Below, piece after piece: positions 20,677-35,700 of a stretch of 64,000 bases of DNA (within the stretch, counting starts at the first letter, position 1; every line of letters starts with the position of its first letter). The notes under the pieces are model-generated. The model was not told where the DNA came from. It did no database searches and saw only the letters and a list, made by a program, of their open reading frames with translations. The position numbers and the translations under genes are program-made. The DNA is from an uncultured delta proteobacterium (GTDB lineage Bacteria; Myxococcota_A; Polyangia; Polyangiales; JAFGIB01). Location of the stretch: assembly GCA_963778655.1 (NCBI GenBank), contig CAVZVA010000005.1, positions 320,001-384,000 on the forward strand. Reading direction: 5' to 3'.

Positions 20677-23049
20677 GTGCCCAAGCGATCGAGAAGCCAG
20701 CTGAAACTGTTCGAAGGCGGGCAGGGCGGTCCTCCCGCGCCGATCGAGGACGCCTCGCTGTCGGAGGAGGCGCAGCGCCGCTACCTGCACTACGCCCTGA
20801 GCGTGATCACCGCGCGCGCGTTGCCCGACGTGCGCGACGGGCTCAAGCCGGTGCAGCGCCGGATCCTGTTCACGATGGAGCACGACCTGCACCTGCGCAG
20901 CGACGCCAAGTATCGCAAGTGCGCGGCGATCGTCGGCGACGTGATGGGCAAGTACCATCCCCACGGCGATACCGCGATCTACGACGCGCTGGCGCGCATG
21001 GCGCAGGACTTCACGCTGCGCGCGCCGCTGGTCGACGGCCGCGGCAACTTCGGCTCGCCCGACGGCGATGCGCCGGCGGCGATGCGCTACACCGAGGCGC
21101 GCCTGACCAAGCTCGCGGACGAGCTGCTCGCCGAGCTCGGGCAGCAGACGGTGCGCTACCGGTCGAGCTACGACGGCACGCGCTTCGAGCCGATCGTGCT
21201 GCCGGCGCGCTTTCCCAACCTGCTGGTCAACGGCGTGCAGGGCATCGCCGTGGGCATGGCGACCTCGATCCCGCCGCACAACCTAGGCGAGGTGCTGGAC
21301 GCGTGCGTGGCGATGATCGACCAGCCGGAGATCACTGTCAGCGGTCTGCTCAAGCAGCTCAAAGGCCCGGACTTTCCCACCGGCGGGCAGCTGCTCTCGA
21401 GCAAGAAGGAGCTCGCACAGATCTACGAGCAGGGCCAGGGCTCGCTCAAGCTGCGCGGAGAGTGGCGCGGCGAGGAACAGAAGCGCGGCGGCCTGCTGCT
21501 GGTGATTCACTCCATCCCGTACGCGATCAAGCGCGCGACGCTGGTCGAGAAGATCGCCGAGGTGATCATCGCCAGGAAGCTGCCGGCGCTGCTCGACGTG
21601 CGCGACGAGAGCACCGACGAGACGCGGATCGTGCTCGAGATCAAAAAGGACGCAGACCCGCAGCTGGTGATGGCCTATCTGTACAAGCACACCCCGCTCG
21701 CGGCCAACGTCGCGGTCGACATGACCTGCCTGGTGCCGACCGACAACCCGGACTTGGCCGGGCCAGCGCGGCTCGACCTGCGCCAGGTGCTCCGCCACTT
21801 CCTCGACTTTCGCATGGAGGTGGTGCGCAAGCGCCTCGAGCACCAGCTGCAGGAGCTGCGCAAGCGCATCCACGTGCTCGAGGGCTTCGCGACCGTCTTC
21901 GACGCGCTCGACGAGACCATCCGGATCATCCGCGCCTCGGACGGCAAGCAGGACGCCGCCGAGAAGCTGACGCGCCGCTTCGGCATCGACGAGCTGCAAG
22001 TCGACGCGATCCTGGAGCTGCGCCTGTACAAGCTGGCCAAGCTCGAGATCCTGCTGATCCGCGAGGAGCTGGATGCCAAGCGCAAGGAGCAGAGGCGCGT
22101 CGAGCAGTTGCTCGGCAGCGAGAGCGCGCGCTGGAAGCTGATCCGCGCGGAGTTGCTCGAGCTCAAGGAGCGCTATCAGAATCCACGCCGCACCCGCATC
22201 GTGGCCTCGGTGGAGGAGCCGGTCTACGACGAGGAGGCCTTCATCCTGGAGGAAGACGCGGTGGTGCTGCTGAGCGTCCAGGGATGGGTCAAGCGCCAGC
22301 GCGAGATGAAGGACGCAGCGCAGACCCGCCTGCGCGAGGGCGATCAGGCGCTCGACGTGGTGGCGGGCTCGACCAAGTCGACGGTGGCGTTCTTCTCCAA
22401 CCGCGGGACCTGCTACGTGTGCCGGATCAACGACATTCCCGCCAGCACCGGGCACGGCTCGCCGGTGCAGAAGCTGTTCAAGCTTGCCGACGGCGAGCGC
22501 ATCGTGCGCATGCTCGGCTTCGATCCGCGCGTGCTCCCGGTGCCGCCCCAGGACGAGGGTGTGGAGGAGCCGCAGCCGCCTTACGTGGTCGCGGTTTCGG
22601 CCTCGGGCTCGTGCATGCGCTGCTCGCTGCGAGCGCATCGCGAGCCGAGCACGCGCTCGGGCCGCCGCTTCATGCGCGTCGGCGGTGACGACGAGGTGAT
22701 CTACGTCGGGCCCTACGCCGACGACGCGAAGCTCGCCTGCGCCAGCCGCAACGGGCGCGCCCTGATCTGCGAGGCGAGCGAGGTCGCGCTGCTCTCCGGC
22801 CCCGGCAAGGGCGTGCGCCTGATCAAGCTCGAGCAGGGCGACCAGGTGCTCGGTGCGCGGCTGCTGTACCGGCCTTCCGACATGCTGGTGGTGGAGCGGG
22901 AGTCGGGCGCGACCTACAACGTTGGTCTGCGCAGCTACAGCGTGGTCGGGCGCGGCGGCAAGGGCTACGCGATGTTCAAGCGAGGCTCGCTCGCGCGCGT
23001 GGTGATGGAGACACCGAGCGTGCCTTCACTCGAAGGAACGCAATCATGA
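20677..23049 (+). CDS. parC: type IIA topoisomerase subunit A, topo IV (ParC)-like
   Basis: [22 protein letters not shown], catalytic AAMRYTE; no GyrA-box at the start of the CTD; start approximate. Confidence 0.85.
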   Translation: MPKRSRSQLKLFEGGQGGPPAPIEDASLSEEAQRRYLHYALSVITARALPDVRDGLKPVQRRILFTMEHDLHLRSDAKYRKCAAIVGDVMGKYHPHGDTAIYDALARMAQDFTLRAPLVDGRGNFGSPDGDAPAAMRYTEARLTKLADELLAELGQQTVRYRSSYDGTRFEPIVLPARFPNLLVNGVQGIAVGMATSIPPHNLGEVLDACVAMIDQPEITVSGLLKQLKGPDFPTGGQLLSSKKELAQIYEQGQGSLKLRGEWRGEEQKRGGLLLVIHSIPYAIKRATLVEKIAEVIIARKLPALLDVRDESTDETRIVLEIKKDADPQLVMAYLYKHTPLAANVAVDMTCLVPTDNPDLAGPARLDLRQVLRHFLDFRMEVVRKRLEHQLQELRKRIHVLEGFATVFDALDETIRIIRASDGKQDAAEKLTRRFGIDELQVDAILELRLYKLAKLEILLIREELDAKRKEQRRVEQLLGSESARWKLIRAELLELKERYQNPRRTRIVASVEEPVYDEEAFILEEDAVVLLSVQGWVKRQREMKDAAQTRLREGDQALDVVAGSTKSTVAFFSNRGTCYVCRINDIPASTGHGSPVQKLFKLADGERIVRMLGFDPRVLPVPPQDEGVEEPQPPYVVAVSASGSCMRCSLRAHREPSTRSGRRFMRVGGDDEVIYVGPYADDAKLACASRNGRALICEASEVALLSGPGKGVRLIKLEQGDQVLGARLLYRPSDMLVVERESGATYNVGLRSYSVVGRGGKGYAMFKRGSLARVVMETPSVPSLEGTQS

Positions 23050-23191
23050 GAGCACCCCCGCCAGCACCAGATGTGCAGGCCCTTCACACGACGCCGGAGG
23101 ATTACGGGCGGGGGTGGGCGGGTGGACTGTATCCGCAGCGTAGGGGGTGGACCGCACGCAGCGCGAGACGGGGACCCACTAGCGAGGACCG

Positions 23192-25102
23192 ATGAGCGGC
23201 TATACCGCCAAGGACATCGAGGTGCTCGAGGGCCTCGAGCCCGTGCGCAAGCGCCCGGCCATGTACATCGGCGGCGTGGACGCCCGCGGCTACCACCACC
23301 TGCTGTGGGAGATCGTGGACAACTGCGTCGACGAGGCGATCAACGGGCACGCCAAGCGCATCGAGGTGGTGCTGGACGCAGATCTGCACGGGGCCAGCGT
23401 GACCGACGACGGACGCGGAATCCCGGTCGACGTGCACCCGAAGTTCAAACGCCCCGCGCTCGAGCTGATCCTGTGCACGCTGCACGCCGGCGGTAAGTTC
23501 GACGGCGGCAGCTACAAGGTGTCGGGCGGGTTGCACGGCGTGGGCTCCTCGGTGGTGAACGCGCTGTCCTCCGAGCTCACCGCAAGGGTGCGGCGCGAAG
23601 GCTTCGAGTACCAGCAGAGCTACGCGCGCGGGGTGCCGCGCGAGCGACTCAAGAAGCTCGGCGCGACGCGCTCGCACGGCACCAGCATCCACTTCCGGCC
23701 CGACGCCCAGGTCTTCGGCAAACAGCGTTTCGACCTGGAGTTGGTGCGCGAGCGGCTCGAGGCGGTGAGCTACCTGCACCGCGGCTTACGCATCGTGCTC
23801 GCGCTGGGCGAGAAGGGCGAGCGCGAGGAGTTTCACCACCCGGGCGGCATCGGCGAGTACCTGTCCAAGTTGGTCGCGGCCAAGGGCAAACGCGCGGTGC
23901 ACCCGCAGTTGTTCACGCTCGAGCGCGAGAGCGACGGCGTGCGGGTCGAGGTCGCGCTGCAGTGGACCGAAGCGACCGACGAGCTGATCCGCTCGTATGC
24001 GAACGGCATTCCCACCGGCTCGGGCGGCACCCATGAGCTCGGGTTCAAGCAAGCCCTGAACAAGGCGATCCGCGGCTACATGGCTGCCAAGCAGATCAAC
24101 CCCAAGGGTGTCACCCTGGCGGCCGAGGACGTCCGCGAGGGCCTGTTCGGGATCGTGAGCGCGTTCGTGCCGGATCCGCAGTTCCAAGGGCAGACCAAGG
24201 ATCGCCTCAACAACCCCGAGGTCAGCTCGGTGGTCGAGTCGATCGTGCGCGTGGAGCTGGAGCAGTGGCTGCTCAACAACGCCTCGTCGGCCGACGCGAT
24301 CGTGGCGCGCATCATCACCGCGGCGCGCGCGCGCGAGGCCAGCCGCGCGGCCGGGCAGCAGGTGCTGCGCAAGACCGCGGTCAGCCACCGCCTCAACCTT
24401 CCCGGCAAGCTCGCCGATTGCTCCAGCACCGATCCGGGCGAGTGCGAGCTGTTCCTGGTCGAGGGCGACAGCGCGGGCGGCAACGCCAAGCAAGGGCGCG
24501 ATCGCCGCACCCAGGCCATTCTGCCGCTGCGCGGCAAGGTGCTCAATGCCGAGCGCGCCAGCGTCTCGGCGGTGCTCGAGAACAAGGAGCTGCAGAACAT
24601 CATCTCGGGATTGGGCTGCGGGGTGGGCAAGGCCTTCGACCTGGCCAAGCTGCGCTACGACAAGGTGTTCTTGCTGATGGATGCCGACACCGACGGCAAC
24701 CACATCACGACCCTGCTGCTCACCTTCTTCTATCGACACCTGCCGGAGTTATTGCGCAGCGGGCACATCTACGTGTGCCTGCCGCCGCTCTACCGCATCG
24801 ACGCGGGCAAGCAGACGCACTGGGCGCTCGACGACGCGGAGAAAGACCGGGTGCTGGCGGCGCTGCCCAAGAACGTGAAGCCCGACATCAGCCGCTTCAA
24901 GGGCCTCGGTGAAATGTCGGCGGATGAGCTGAAACAAACCACACTCGATCCGCGCCGGCGCCGGGCGCTGCGCGTCGTGATCGACAACGAGCTCGACGCC
25001 GATCGCGTGGTCAACGAGCTGATGGGCAAGGATCCGGGCGCGCGCTACCAGTTCATCATGGAGTCGGCCGCAAAGGCCGAGGTCGACGAGCTGGACGTGT
25101 AG
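23192..25102 (+). CDS. parE: type IIA topoisomerase subunit B, topo IV (ParE)-like
   Basis: [56 protein letters not shown]. Confidence 0.85.
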   Translation: MSGYTAKDIEVLEGLEPVRKRPAMYIGGVDARGYHHLLWEIVDNCVDEAINGHAKRIEVVLDADLHGASVTDDGRGIPVDVHPKFKRPALELILCTLHAGGKFDGGSYKVSGGLHGVGSSVVNALSSELTARVRREGFEYQQSYARGVPRERLKKLGATRSHGTSIHFRPDAQVFGKQRFDLELVRERLEAVSYLHRGLRIVLALGEKGEREEFHHPGGIGEYLSKLVAAKGKRAVHPQLFTLERESDGVRVEVALQWTEATDELIRSYANGIPTGSGGTHELGFKQALNKAIRGYMAAKQINPKGVTLAAEDVREGLFGIVSAFVPDPQFQGQTKDRLNNPEVSSVVESIVRVELEQWLLNNASSADAIVARIITAARAREASRAAGQQVLRKTAVSHRLNLPGKLADCSSTDPGECELFLVEGDSAGGNAKQGRDRRTQAILPLRGKVLNAERASVSAVLENKELQNIISGLGCGVGKAFDLAKLRYDKVFLLMDADTDGNHITTLLLTFFYRHLPELLRSGHIYVCLPPLYRIDAGKQTHWALDDAEKDRVLAALPKNVKPDISRFKGLGEMSADELKQTTLDPRRRRALRVVIDNELDADRVVNELMGKDPGARYQFIMESAAKAEVDELDV

Positions 25103-25247
25103 CGAAAAGGGCGCGGGCGCGCTCGTGTGCGCCAAGCGGGGCGCCGGACATTGCAACGCGCTTGCTGCGCGAGCGCCATCGGTGAAACAATGGTGTGGTG
25201 AGGCCGCGAACGTGTGCGCCACGCACCCGCGCGTCCCGCATCAGCCC

Positions 25248-26731
<1,484 letters not shown>

Positions 26732-26735
<4 letters not shown>

Positions 26736-27997
26736 GCGCGCGGGTCCAGCTGGCTGCGCTCGCCCTGCTCGGCCTGCTTGCTGGCTGTGGCAGCCCGCTG
26801 GTGGGCGCGCAGTGCAAGCCCGGCTTCGTGCTGTGCGACGGCCTGTGTGTGGACCTCGCCCGCGACGCCGAGCACTGCGGCTCCTGCGGCCACAGCTGCG
26901 GCGGCGCCGCCTGCAAGGCGTCCAAGTGCAGCGGCGAGCCGGCAGGCGACGCCGGTCCCGCCGACGGCGGCAAGGACGGCAGCGCCATGCCGATGGGGTC
27001 GGATGCCGGTGCGGACGGCGGCAGCCTCTACCCGCCCAGCGTGGGCAAGGGCGGCTCCGGCACGCCGTTTTTGCCCGACGGTGGGGTCCACTTTCCCGAC
27101 CCGAAGGTGTCGTCGGGCTGCGGGGTCGGCCTGACCTCGTGCTCGGGCGATTGCGTCGACATCGCGAGCGACCCGGCCCACTGCGGTGAGTGCGGCGTGG
27201 GCTGTCCCACGGGCCAGTTCTGCGCTCTCGGAACCTGCACCGACGTGTGCAATCCGCCGCTCAGCTTCTGCTCCGGCCGCTGCTTCGACCTGCAGAACGA
27301 CGAGAACCACTGCGGCGACTGCGGGACGGTGTGCGTGAGCGGGCTCTGCAACGCCGGCCAGTGCGCGGACGCCGTGCCCGGCTCGCTGGTCGTCGTCGGC
27401 CACGATTACGGCGCGGCGGCCAGTGACAGCATGCGGCGAATCGCCTCCAATGCGCTCTTCCTGCAGCACAAGCTGCCGGTGCGCACCCTGGTGTACCGCG
27501 GCAGCGCGGACCCGGCGTCGGTGCGCGGGTTGAAGGCCGCGTTCGACCTGGCCGGCCTGCCGTGGAAGCAGACCGACGCCGATCCCGATCAGGTCAGCGC
27601 CCAGCTGCGCCAGTCGGACGCCTTCGTGATCGAGCCGCAGCCGGGCGCCAGCGACGCGGACCTCACCGCGTTGGGACAGAAGTGGGGGCTCGCGCTCTCG
27701 CAGTTCCTGATCCGCGGCGGCGTGGTGGTGCTGTTCGAGACCGCGAGCGCGAACAACCAGGGCACCTACCAGGTGCTGGAGCCCGCGGGCCTGTTCACGG
27801 CGAGCGCGCGCGAGAAGATCGATCCCCAGCAGGTGACGGTGGTCAGCCCCGCCGACGGCGAGGGCATCGGGATCACCACCAACTACCGGGCGGAGCCGGT
27901 CAGCGTGCACTTCCTGGACGTTCTCAGCCAAGGCACGGTGGTCGTGAAGGACGGCGACGGCGAGGCCGTGGTCTACCACCGCATCATCGTCCCGTAG
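26732..27997 (+). CDS. Cys-repeat lipoprotein with C-terminal alpha/beta domain
   Basis: ATGA overlap with the OmpA gene, lipobox LLAGC, three DxxHCGxCG repeats, about 210-aa C-terminal globular domain. Confidence 0.8.
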
Positions 27998-28143
27998 CCG
28001 CCCGGCCGGGCGTGTTTGCATGCGCTCGCGGTTGTATGGAAATATCACCCGCGCAGGGCTCCGGCCGCAGGTGGTGAATCCACGGCGATCGGCGCCGTCG
28101 TATCCGTTCGGGGGACGGCCTTGCGCCGTGCAGGAGGAACCCG

Positions 28144-29790
28144 ATGTCCCTACAGCGACTGGCCGGCGCGCTCACCGGGATCGGCATCGCGCTCGTGCTC
28201 CCGCTTTGCCTCGGGGCTCGTGCTGCGGCCCAGGGCGGGCCGGTGATCGAGCAGATCCAGCCGACCTCCGGCCCTCCGGGCACGCTGGTCAACATCGTGG
28301 GGCGTCACTTCGGTCCGGACGCCAAGGCCAGCCTCGGCGTGCAACCGCTGCCGATCGTCGAGAGCCTGCCCAATCGCATCACCGTGCGCATCCCGGCCGG
28401 GCTGCAGAGCGGCAACATCGCGGTCACCGCGGCGAGCGGGACCGTGCGCGGGCCGGAGTTTCGGCTGGTGCCGGCGTCCCCGGCGCCCGAAATCGATAGC
28501 GTCGATCCGCTTTCGGGGCCGCCCGGGACGCACGTGGTGATTCGCGGCCAGCACTTCTCGCCGCTGCTCACCGGCAACGTAGTGACGCTCGCGGGTCAGC
28601 CAATCGTGGTGCTCTCGGCCGCGCCCCAGCGACTCGAGGTGATCGTGTCCGACGTCAAGAGCGGCGGCCCCTTCGCGGTGCGGGTAGGGCAGGCGGGCGA
28701 GGCCACCAGCAAGCAGTCCTTCGCGCTCAGCGCGGCCACCACCATCAGCGCGGTCGAGCCGATGCGCGGCGCGCCGGGCTCGCAGCTGACCATTCACGGG
28801 CAAGGCTTCTCCAAGCGGTCGGCCGACGACCGTGTGTACCTCAACAGCGTGCCGCTGAGGGTGAAGTCGGCGAGCGAGAGCGAGCTGGTGGTGGTGCTTC
28901 CGCTCAAGGTCGCATCGGGTAAGCTGCTGGTCGACGTGCGCGACGCTGGCCGCGCCTACAGCGCTGAGCCGTTCGTGATCCAGCGACCCCCGAGCATCGT
29001 CGCCTTCGAGCCCAAGAAGGGGCCGCCCGGCACGGTGATCACCGTGCGCGGCACCAACTTCGGCAGCGCACCGGACGCGATCGAGGCCAAGCTCGGCGAC
29101 GCGCAGCTGCACGTGCGGGACGCGCGCGATACGCGGCTCGAGCTCGACGTCCCCGAGGGCGCCAAGGACGGCAAGCTCTCGATCCGCGTCCATGGCGTGG
29201 GCCCGGCCTGGTCATCGCAGGACTTCGCGGTGCTGCCGGTGCTCCGGGTGACCAACTTCAGCCCGCAGTCGGGGCCGGCCGGCAGCGGAATCGCGGTCGA
29301 GGGGCAGGGCTTTGGCGACTCGCCCGCGCGCGTGCGGGCGAGCGTCGCGGGCCGGCCCGCGCGGGTGCTCGAGGTCAGCCCGACCCGGCTCAGGCTGCGC
29401 GTGCCCAAGGGCCGCAGCGGGCCGCTCGAGGTGAGGGTGGCCGGCAGCGGCGCGGTGAGCACGACCGATCCCTTCGTCGTGACCGTGCCGCCCGTGATCG
29501 CTGCGGTCACGCCCGAGAAGGGCGCGGTCGGCACCGAGGTCACGATCCAGGGCAGTGGCTTCGGCATCAATCCGGCGGTGCCCAAGGTGACGCTCGGCGA
29601 TCACCCGCTGACGGTGAAATCGGTGCGAGACGACCGGTTGGTGGTCCGCGTCGCGCCCGGTGCCCAGAGCGGGCGGCTGAAGGTGGCGATTCCCCTGCAG
29701 GGCGAGGTCGAGACCGACTGGGTTTTCGAGGTCCTGCCCGCCTCGCCAGCGCCGGCCGCGGCGCCCGCCAGCCAGACGGCGGCGCACTGA
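28144..29790 (+). CDS. secreted IPT/TIG repeat protein (six repeats)
   Basis: AGGAGG RBS, signal peptide, six I/V..xxPxxGxxGxxxxIxGxxF repeats. Confidence 0.85.
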   Translation: MSLQRLAGALTGIGIALVLPLCLGARAAAQGGPVIEQIQPTSGPPGTLVNIVGRHFGPDAKASLGVQPLPIVESLPNRITVRIPAGLQSGNIAVTAASGTVRGPEFRLVPASPAPEIDSVDPLSGPPGTHVVIRGQHFSPLLTGNVVTLAGQPIVVLSAAPQRLEVIVSDVKSGGPFAVRVGQAGEATSKQSFALSAATTISAVEPMRGAPGSQLTIHGQGFSKRSADDRVYLNSVPLRVKSASESELVVVLPLKVASGKLLVDVRDAGRAYSAEPFVIQRPPSIVAFEPKKGPPGTVITVRGTNFGSAPDAIEAKLGDAQLHVRDARDTRLELDVPEGAKDGKLSIRVHGVGPAWSSQDFAVLPVLRVTNFSPQSGPAGSGIAVEGQGFGDSPARVRASVAGRPARVLEVSPTRLRLRVPKGRSGPLEVRVAGSGAVSTTDPFVVTVPPVIAAVTPEKGAVGTEVTIQGSGFGINPAVPKVTLGDHPLTVKSVRDDRLVVRVAPGAQSGRLKVAIPLQGEVETDWVFEVLPASPAPAAAPASQTAAH

Positions 29791-29827
29791 CTCCAGTCCG
29801 CGCCGGCCGCGTCCGATTCGAAAGAGA

Positions 29828-29891
29828 TCCACAGCAAGACCGGAAGGGACCATCTCGTTTTTGTCTTCCCGCCTTCCGGTCTCGCCGTGAA
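29828..29891. repeat. REP-like palindromic repeat, copy D
   Basis: TCCAC-AGCAAGAC-CGGAAG [18 nt] CTTCCC-GCCTTCCG-GTCTCGCC-GTGAA. Confidence 0.75.
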
Positions 29892-29989
29892 TCCCAGATG
29901 GGTGGCCCCGGGCTCGCGCCGTGCTGGCGCGTTGCCATTCGCCAAGCGCGATTTCGGCGCTATACTGCGCAGCTTCATCCCGGAGGTGA

Positions 29990-31453
<1,464 letters not shown>

Positions 31454-31636
31454 GGGCCTTTCGGCCTGGACGCGGGCTCGATTTCGGTTTGCGATCCGGG
31501 TCCGAAACGTGAACTTTACGCTCAGACCGCGGAAACCCGAGTCTGCGACTTGCCGATTGCGGCCCGCGGCCTAATACCCCCCCCGCCACTGGCGCGCCTC
31601 GCAGGTATTGGTCACGCTCCAGGCAGTGGTCCCGAA

Positions 31637-32752
31637 ATGGTTATGCGCATCCTTCTCACGGCAATCGGCTTGCTCGTCGTCATCGGGGCTCTGGTGGGCA
31701 CGAAGGTCGCCCAGTTCCGCAGCATGGGCGCGATGGCCGCGGGCGCGCGGCCCCCGCCCGCAGCGGTAGCGGCCAAGCCCGTCGACGAGCAGAGCTGGCA
31801 CACCACCTTCGACGCGGTCGGTACGGTGGTCCCGGTCCACGGCGTGGTGCTCCACGCCGAGGTCGCCGGCACCATTCGCCGCATCCACTTCGACTCGGGT
31901 GCGGCGGTGCGGGCCGGTGCGGTGCTGGTCGAGCTCGACAGCTCGACCGAGCAGGCGCAGCTCAAGTCGGCGCTCGCGAGCGCCGAGCTCGCGCGGCTCA
32001 CGCTGCAGCGCCAGCGCGCGCTGCGCGGCGATAACGCGGTGTCCCAAGCGGACCTGGAGAACGCGGATGCCCACGCCAAGCAAGCCGACGCGGAAGTCGC
32101 GCGCCTGCGCGCGGAGATCGCCAAGCGAACCATTCGGGCGCCGTTCACCGGCAATCTCGGCATCTGGCAGATCAACCTGGGGCAGTTCCTGCAGGCAGGC
32201 CAGGAGGTCACCTCGGTGCAGGCATTGGACCCGGTGTACGTCGATTTCACGCTGCCGCAGCAACGCCTTTCCGAGCTGTCGCAGGGCCTCGCGGTGCGGG
32301 TGACGACCGACGCCTATCCCGGCAACACGTTCGAGGGCACGGTCAGCGCGATCAACCCGGGGCTCGAGGCCAGCACGCGCAGCGTCCAGCTGCGCGCCAC
32401 GCTGCGCAATCCCGAGAAGCTGCTGCGGCCCGGCATGTTCGCCCAGGTCGAGGTGGTGCTGCCCAAGGCGCGCCAGGTGCTCGCGATTCCGAACACCGCC
32501 GTCATCTACGCGCCGTACGGCAACTCGGTGTTCGTGGTGGAGCCCGGCAAGGGCTCGGAACGCATCGCCCGCCAGCGGTTCGTGCGCCTGGGCGAGCGGC
32601 GCGGGGACTATGTCGCCGTCACCGACGGCCTGAAGGCCGGCGACGTCGTGGTCATCACCGGTGCGTTCAAGCTGCGCAACGATACGCCGGTCACGATCGA
32701 CAATTCGCTCGTGCCGAAGACCTCGCTCGAGCCTTCGCCGCAGGACAACTGA
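31637..32752 (+). CDS. RND efflux periplasmic adaptor (membrane fusion protein)
   Basis: N-terminal TM, biotinyl-like EVAG..., IRAPFTG, LRPGMF. Confidence 0.9.
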   Translation: MVMRILLTAIGLLVVIGALVGTKVAQFRSMGAMAAGARPPPAAVAAKPVDEQSWHTTFDAVGTVVPVHGVVLHAEVAGTIRRIHFDSGAAVRAGAVLVELDSSTEQAQLKSALASAELARLTLQRQRALRGDNAVSQADLENADAHAKQADAEVARLRAEIAKRTIRAPFTGNLGIWQINLGQFLQAGQEVTSVQALDPVYVDFTLPQQRLSELSQGLAVRVTTDAYPGNTFEGTVSAINPGLEASTRSVQLRATLRNPEKLLRPGMFAQVEVVLPKARQVLAIPNTAVIYAPYGNSVFVVEPGKGSERIARQRFVRLGERRGDYVAVTDGLKAGDVVVITGAFKLRNDTPVTIDNSLVPKTSLEPSPQDN

Positions 32753-32781
32753 GCCCGGCCGACCAGGCGCGGTAGGCACCC

Positions 32782-35700
32782 ATGTCCCTGACCGACATCT
32801 TCATTCGCAGACCGGTGCTCGCGGTGGTGGTCAACCTCGTGATCTTGATCGCCGGGTTGCAAGCGGTGCGCTCGCTGAACGTGCGCCAATACCCGCGCAG
32901 CGAGAATGCCACGATCAAGGTCACGACCGCGTACATCGGCGCCAGCGCCGAGCTGGTTCGAGGCTTCATCACCGCCCCGCTGGAGCGCGCGATCGCCGCT
33001 GCCGATGGCATCGATTACCTGGAGTCGCAGAGCACGCAGAGCCTGTCCACCATCAGCGCGCGGCTGAAGCTCAACTACGACGCGAACAAGGCGCTATCTG
33101 AGATCAGCTCCAAGGTCGCTCAGGTGCGCGGCGATCTCCCGCCCGAAGCCGAAGTCCCGGTGATCAACATCGAATCGGCGGATAGCCAGTTCGCGTCCGC
33201 CTACCTGAGCTTTTCCTCGAACATCCTGCAGCCCAACGAGATCACCGAATACCTGGTGCGCGCCGTTCAGCCGCGCTTGACCGCGATCGAAGGCGTGCAG
33301 CGAGCGGAGATCTTGGGCGGCCGCACCTTTGCCATGCGCATCTGGCTCAAGCCGGAGCGGATGGCCGCCCAGCACATCAGCCCCGCCCAGGTGCGGCAGG
33401 CGCTGGCGGCCAACAACTATCTGTCGGCGCTGGGAAAGACCAAGGGATCGCTGATCCAGGTCAACCTCACCGCCGATACCGACCTGCGCTCGGTCGACGA
33501 CTTCAAGCGGCTGGTGATCGGCCGTCAGGGCGACAGCATCGTCCGCCTTTCCGACGTGGCGGACGTCGTGCTCGGGGCCGAGGACTACGACGCCGAGGTG
33601 CGCTTCACCGGCAAGCGCGCGGTGTTCATGGGCATCTTCGTGCTCCCGAACGCCAACGCCATCGACGTGATGGGCCGCGTGCACAAGGAGATGAGCGCGC
33701 TGCAGAAGGACCTGCCGAGCGGGCTCAGCGCACGGGTCGCCTTCGACGGCACGGCGTATATCCGGGACGCGATCCACGACGTCGTCAGGACCCTCAGCGA
33801 GACGCTGCTGATCGTGGTCGTCGTCATCTTCCTGTTCCTCGGCACGCTACGCTCGGCGCTAGTGCCGGTGATCGCGATTCCCGTCTCGCTGATCGGCGCC
33901 GTGTTCCTGATGCAGCTGTTCGGCTTCACGATCAACCTGCTGACCTTGCTCGCGGTGGTGCTGTCGGTGGGGCTGGTCGTCGACGACGCGATCGTCGTGG
34001 TCGAGAACGTCGAGCGGCACTTGCGCGAGGGCAGGCCCCCGCTGGACGCCGCGCTGATCGGGGCACGCGAGCTGGGTGCGCCGATCATCGCGATGACGAT
34101 CACGCTGGCGGCGGTCTATACCCCGATCGCCCTGCAGGGAGGGCTGACCGGCGCGCTGTTCCGAGAGTTCGCCTTCTCGCTCGCGGGCGCGGTGCTGATC
34201 TCGGGCATCGTCGCGCTCACCTTGTCGCCCGTGATGTGCGCCAAGCTGTTGCGGGCCGATCACCAGCAGGGCTGGCTCGCCGCGCACATCGAGTCGGGCT
34301 TCGCACGCCTCAAACGCGGCTACGGACGCGTGCTGCGCGGCACCCTGCAGGCGCGGCCGGCGGTGTACATGGCCTGGGTCGTGCTCGGCTTGCTGGTGAT
34401 TCCGATGTTCAAGTTTGCGCCCAAGGAGCTGGCCCCGACCGAGGACCAAGGCGTGATCTTCGCCCCGATCGTGGACGCACCGGCCGACGCCACCGTGGAT
34501 GAGACCGTGCGCTACGCCGACGCCGCCAACAAGCTGCTGATGAGCGTGCCCGAGGCCGCGTACACCTTCCAGATCACCTTCCCGAGCGGCGGCTTCGGCG
34601 GGCTGGTGGTCAAGCCCTGGAGCCAGCGCAAGCGCACCATCTACCGCATTCTGCCGGAGGTGCGGCGCAAGCTGGCGACCCTGCCCGGGATCACCATGTT
34701 TCCAGTGCTTCCGCCCGCGCTGCCCGGAGGCGGCACCTTTCCGGTCGAGGTCGCGGTGGCATCGACGGCTGAGACCCGCGACGTGCTCGGGTTCGCGCAG
34801 AAGCTCAAAGACGAGGCGATGAAGAGCGGCAAGTTCATGCTGCTCAACATCGACACCAAATTCGATCAGCCCCAGACCGAGTTCGAGATCGACCGCGACA
34901 AGGTGGCCACGCTGGGCTTGAACCTCGAGCAGGTCGGCCGCGACCTGTCCGCTGCGCTCGGCGGCAACTTCGTCAACCGCTTCGACATCGCGGGTCGGAG
35001 CTACAAGGTGATCCCCCAGCTCAAGCGCAAGGATCGCATGAACCCCGAGCAACTCCAGAACCTGGAGGTGACCGGTCCGGGCGGCAAGCTGATCCCGCTG
35101 CGCGCGATCGCCAAGATCAAGCAACAGGTCGCGCCGCGCGCGCTGGGGCGCTTCCAGCAGCTTAATGCGGTCAAGCTCAGCGGGGTCTCTATGCTGCCGC
35201 TCGACGACGCGCTCAAGCTGCTCGAGGCCAAGGCGCACGAGCTGCTGCCGCGAGGCTATGTGCTCGATTACACCGGGGAATCCCGGCAGCTGCGGCTGGA
35301 GGGTAATGGCTTCCTGCAGCTGCTGAGCCTGGCGCTGATCCTGATCTTTCTCGTGCTCGCGGCGCAGTTCAACAGCTTCCGCGATCCGCTGGTGATCCTG
35401 CTCGGCTCGGTGCCTTTGGCGATGTTCGGGTCGTTCATCTTCATGGTGCTGAAGATGCCGAATCCGAACATGCGATTCTGGACAGACGGCTGGACCACGA
35501 CGTTCAACATTTACGCCCAGATCGGGCTGGTCACGCTGGTCGGCCTGGTGGCCAAGAACGGCATCCTGATCGTGCAGTTCGCCAACGAGCTGCAGCGCCG
35601 CGGCCTGTCCAAGCTGGCGGCGGTGGAGGAGGCCGCGGCAACCCGCCTGCGGCCGGTGTTGATGACCAGCGTGGCGACCGTGTGCGGTCACTTTCCCCTC

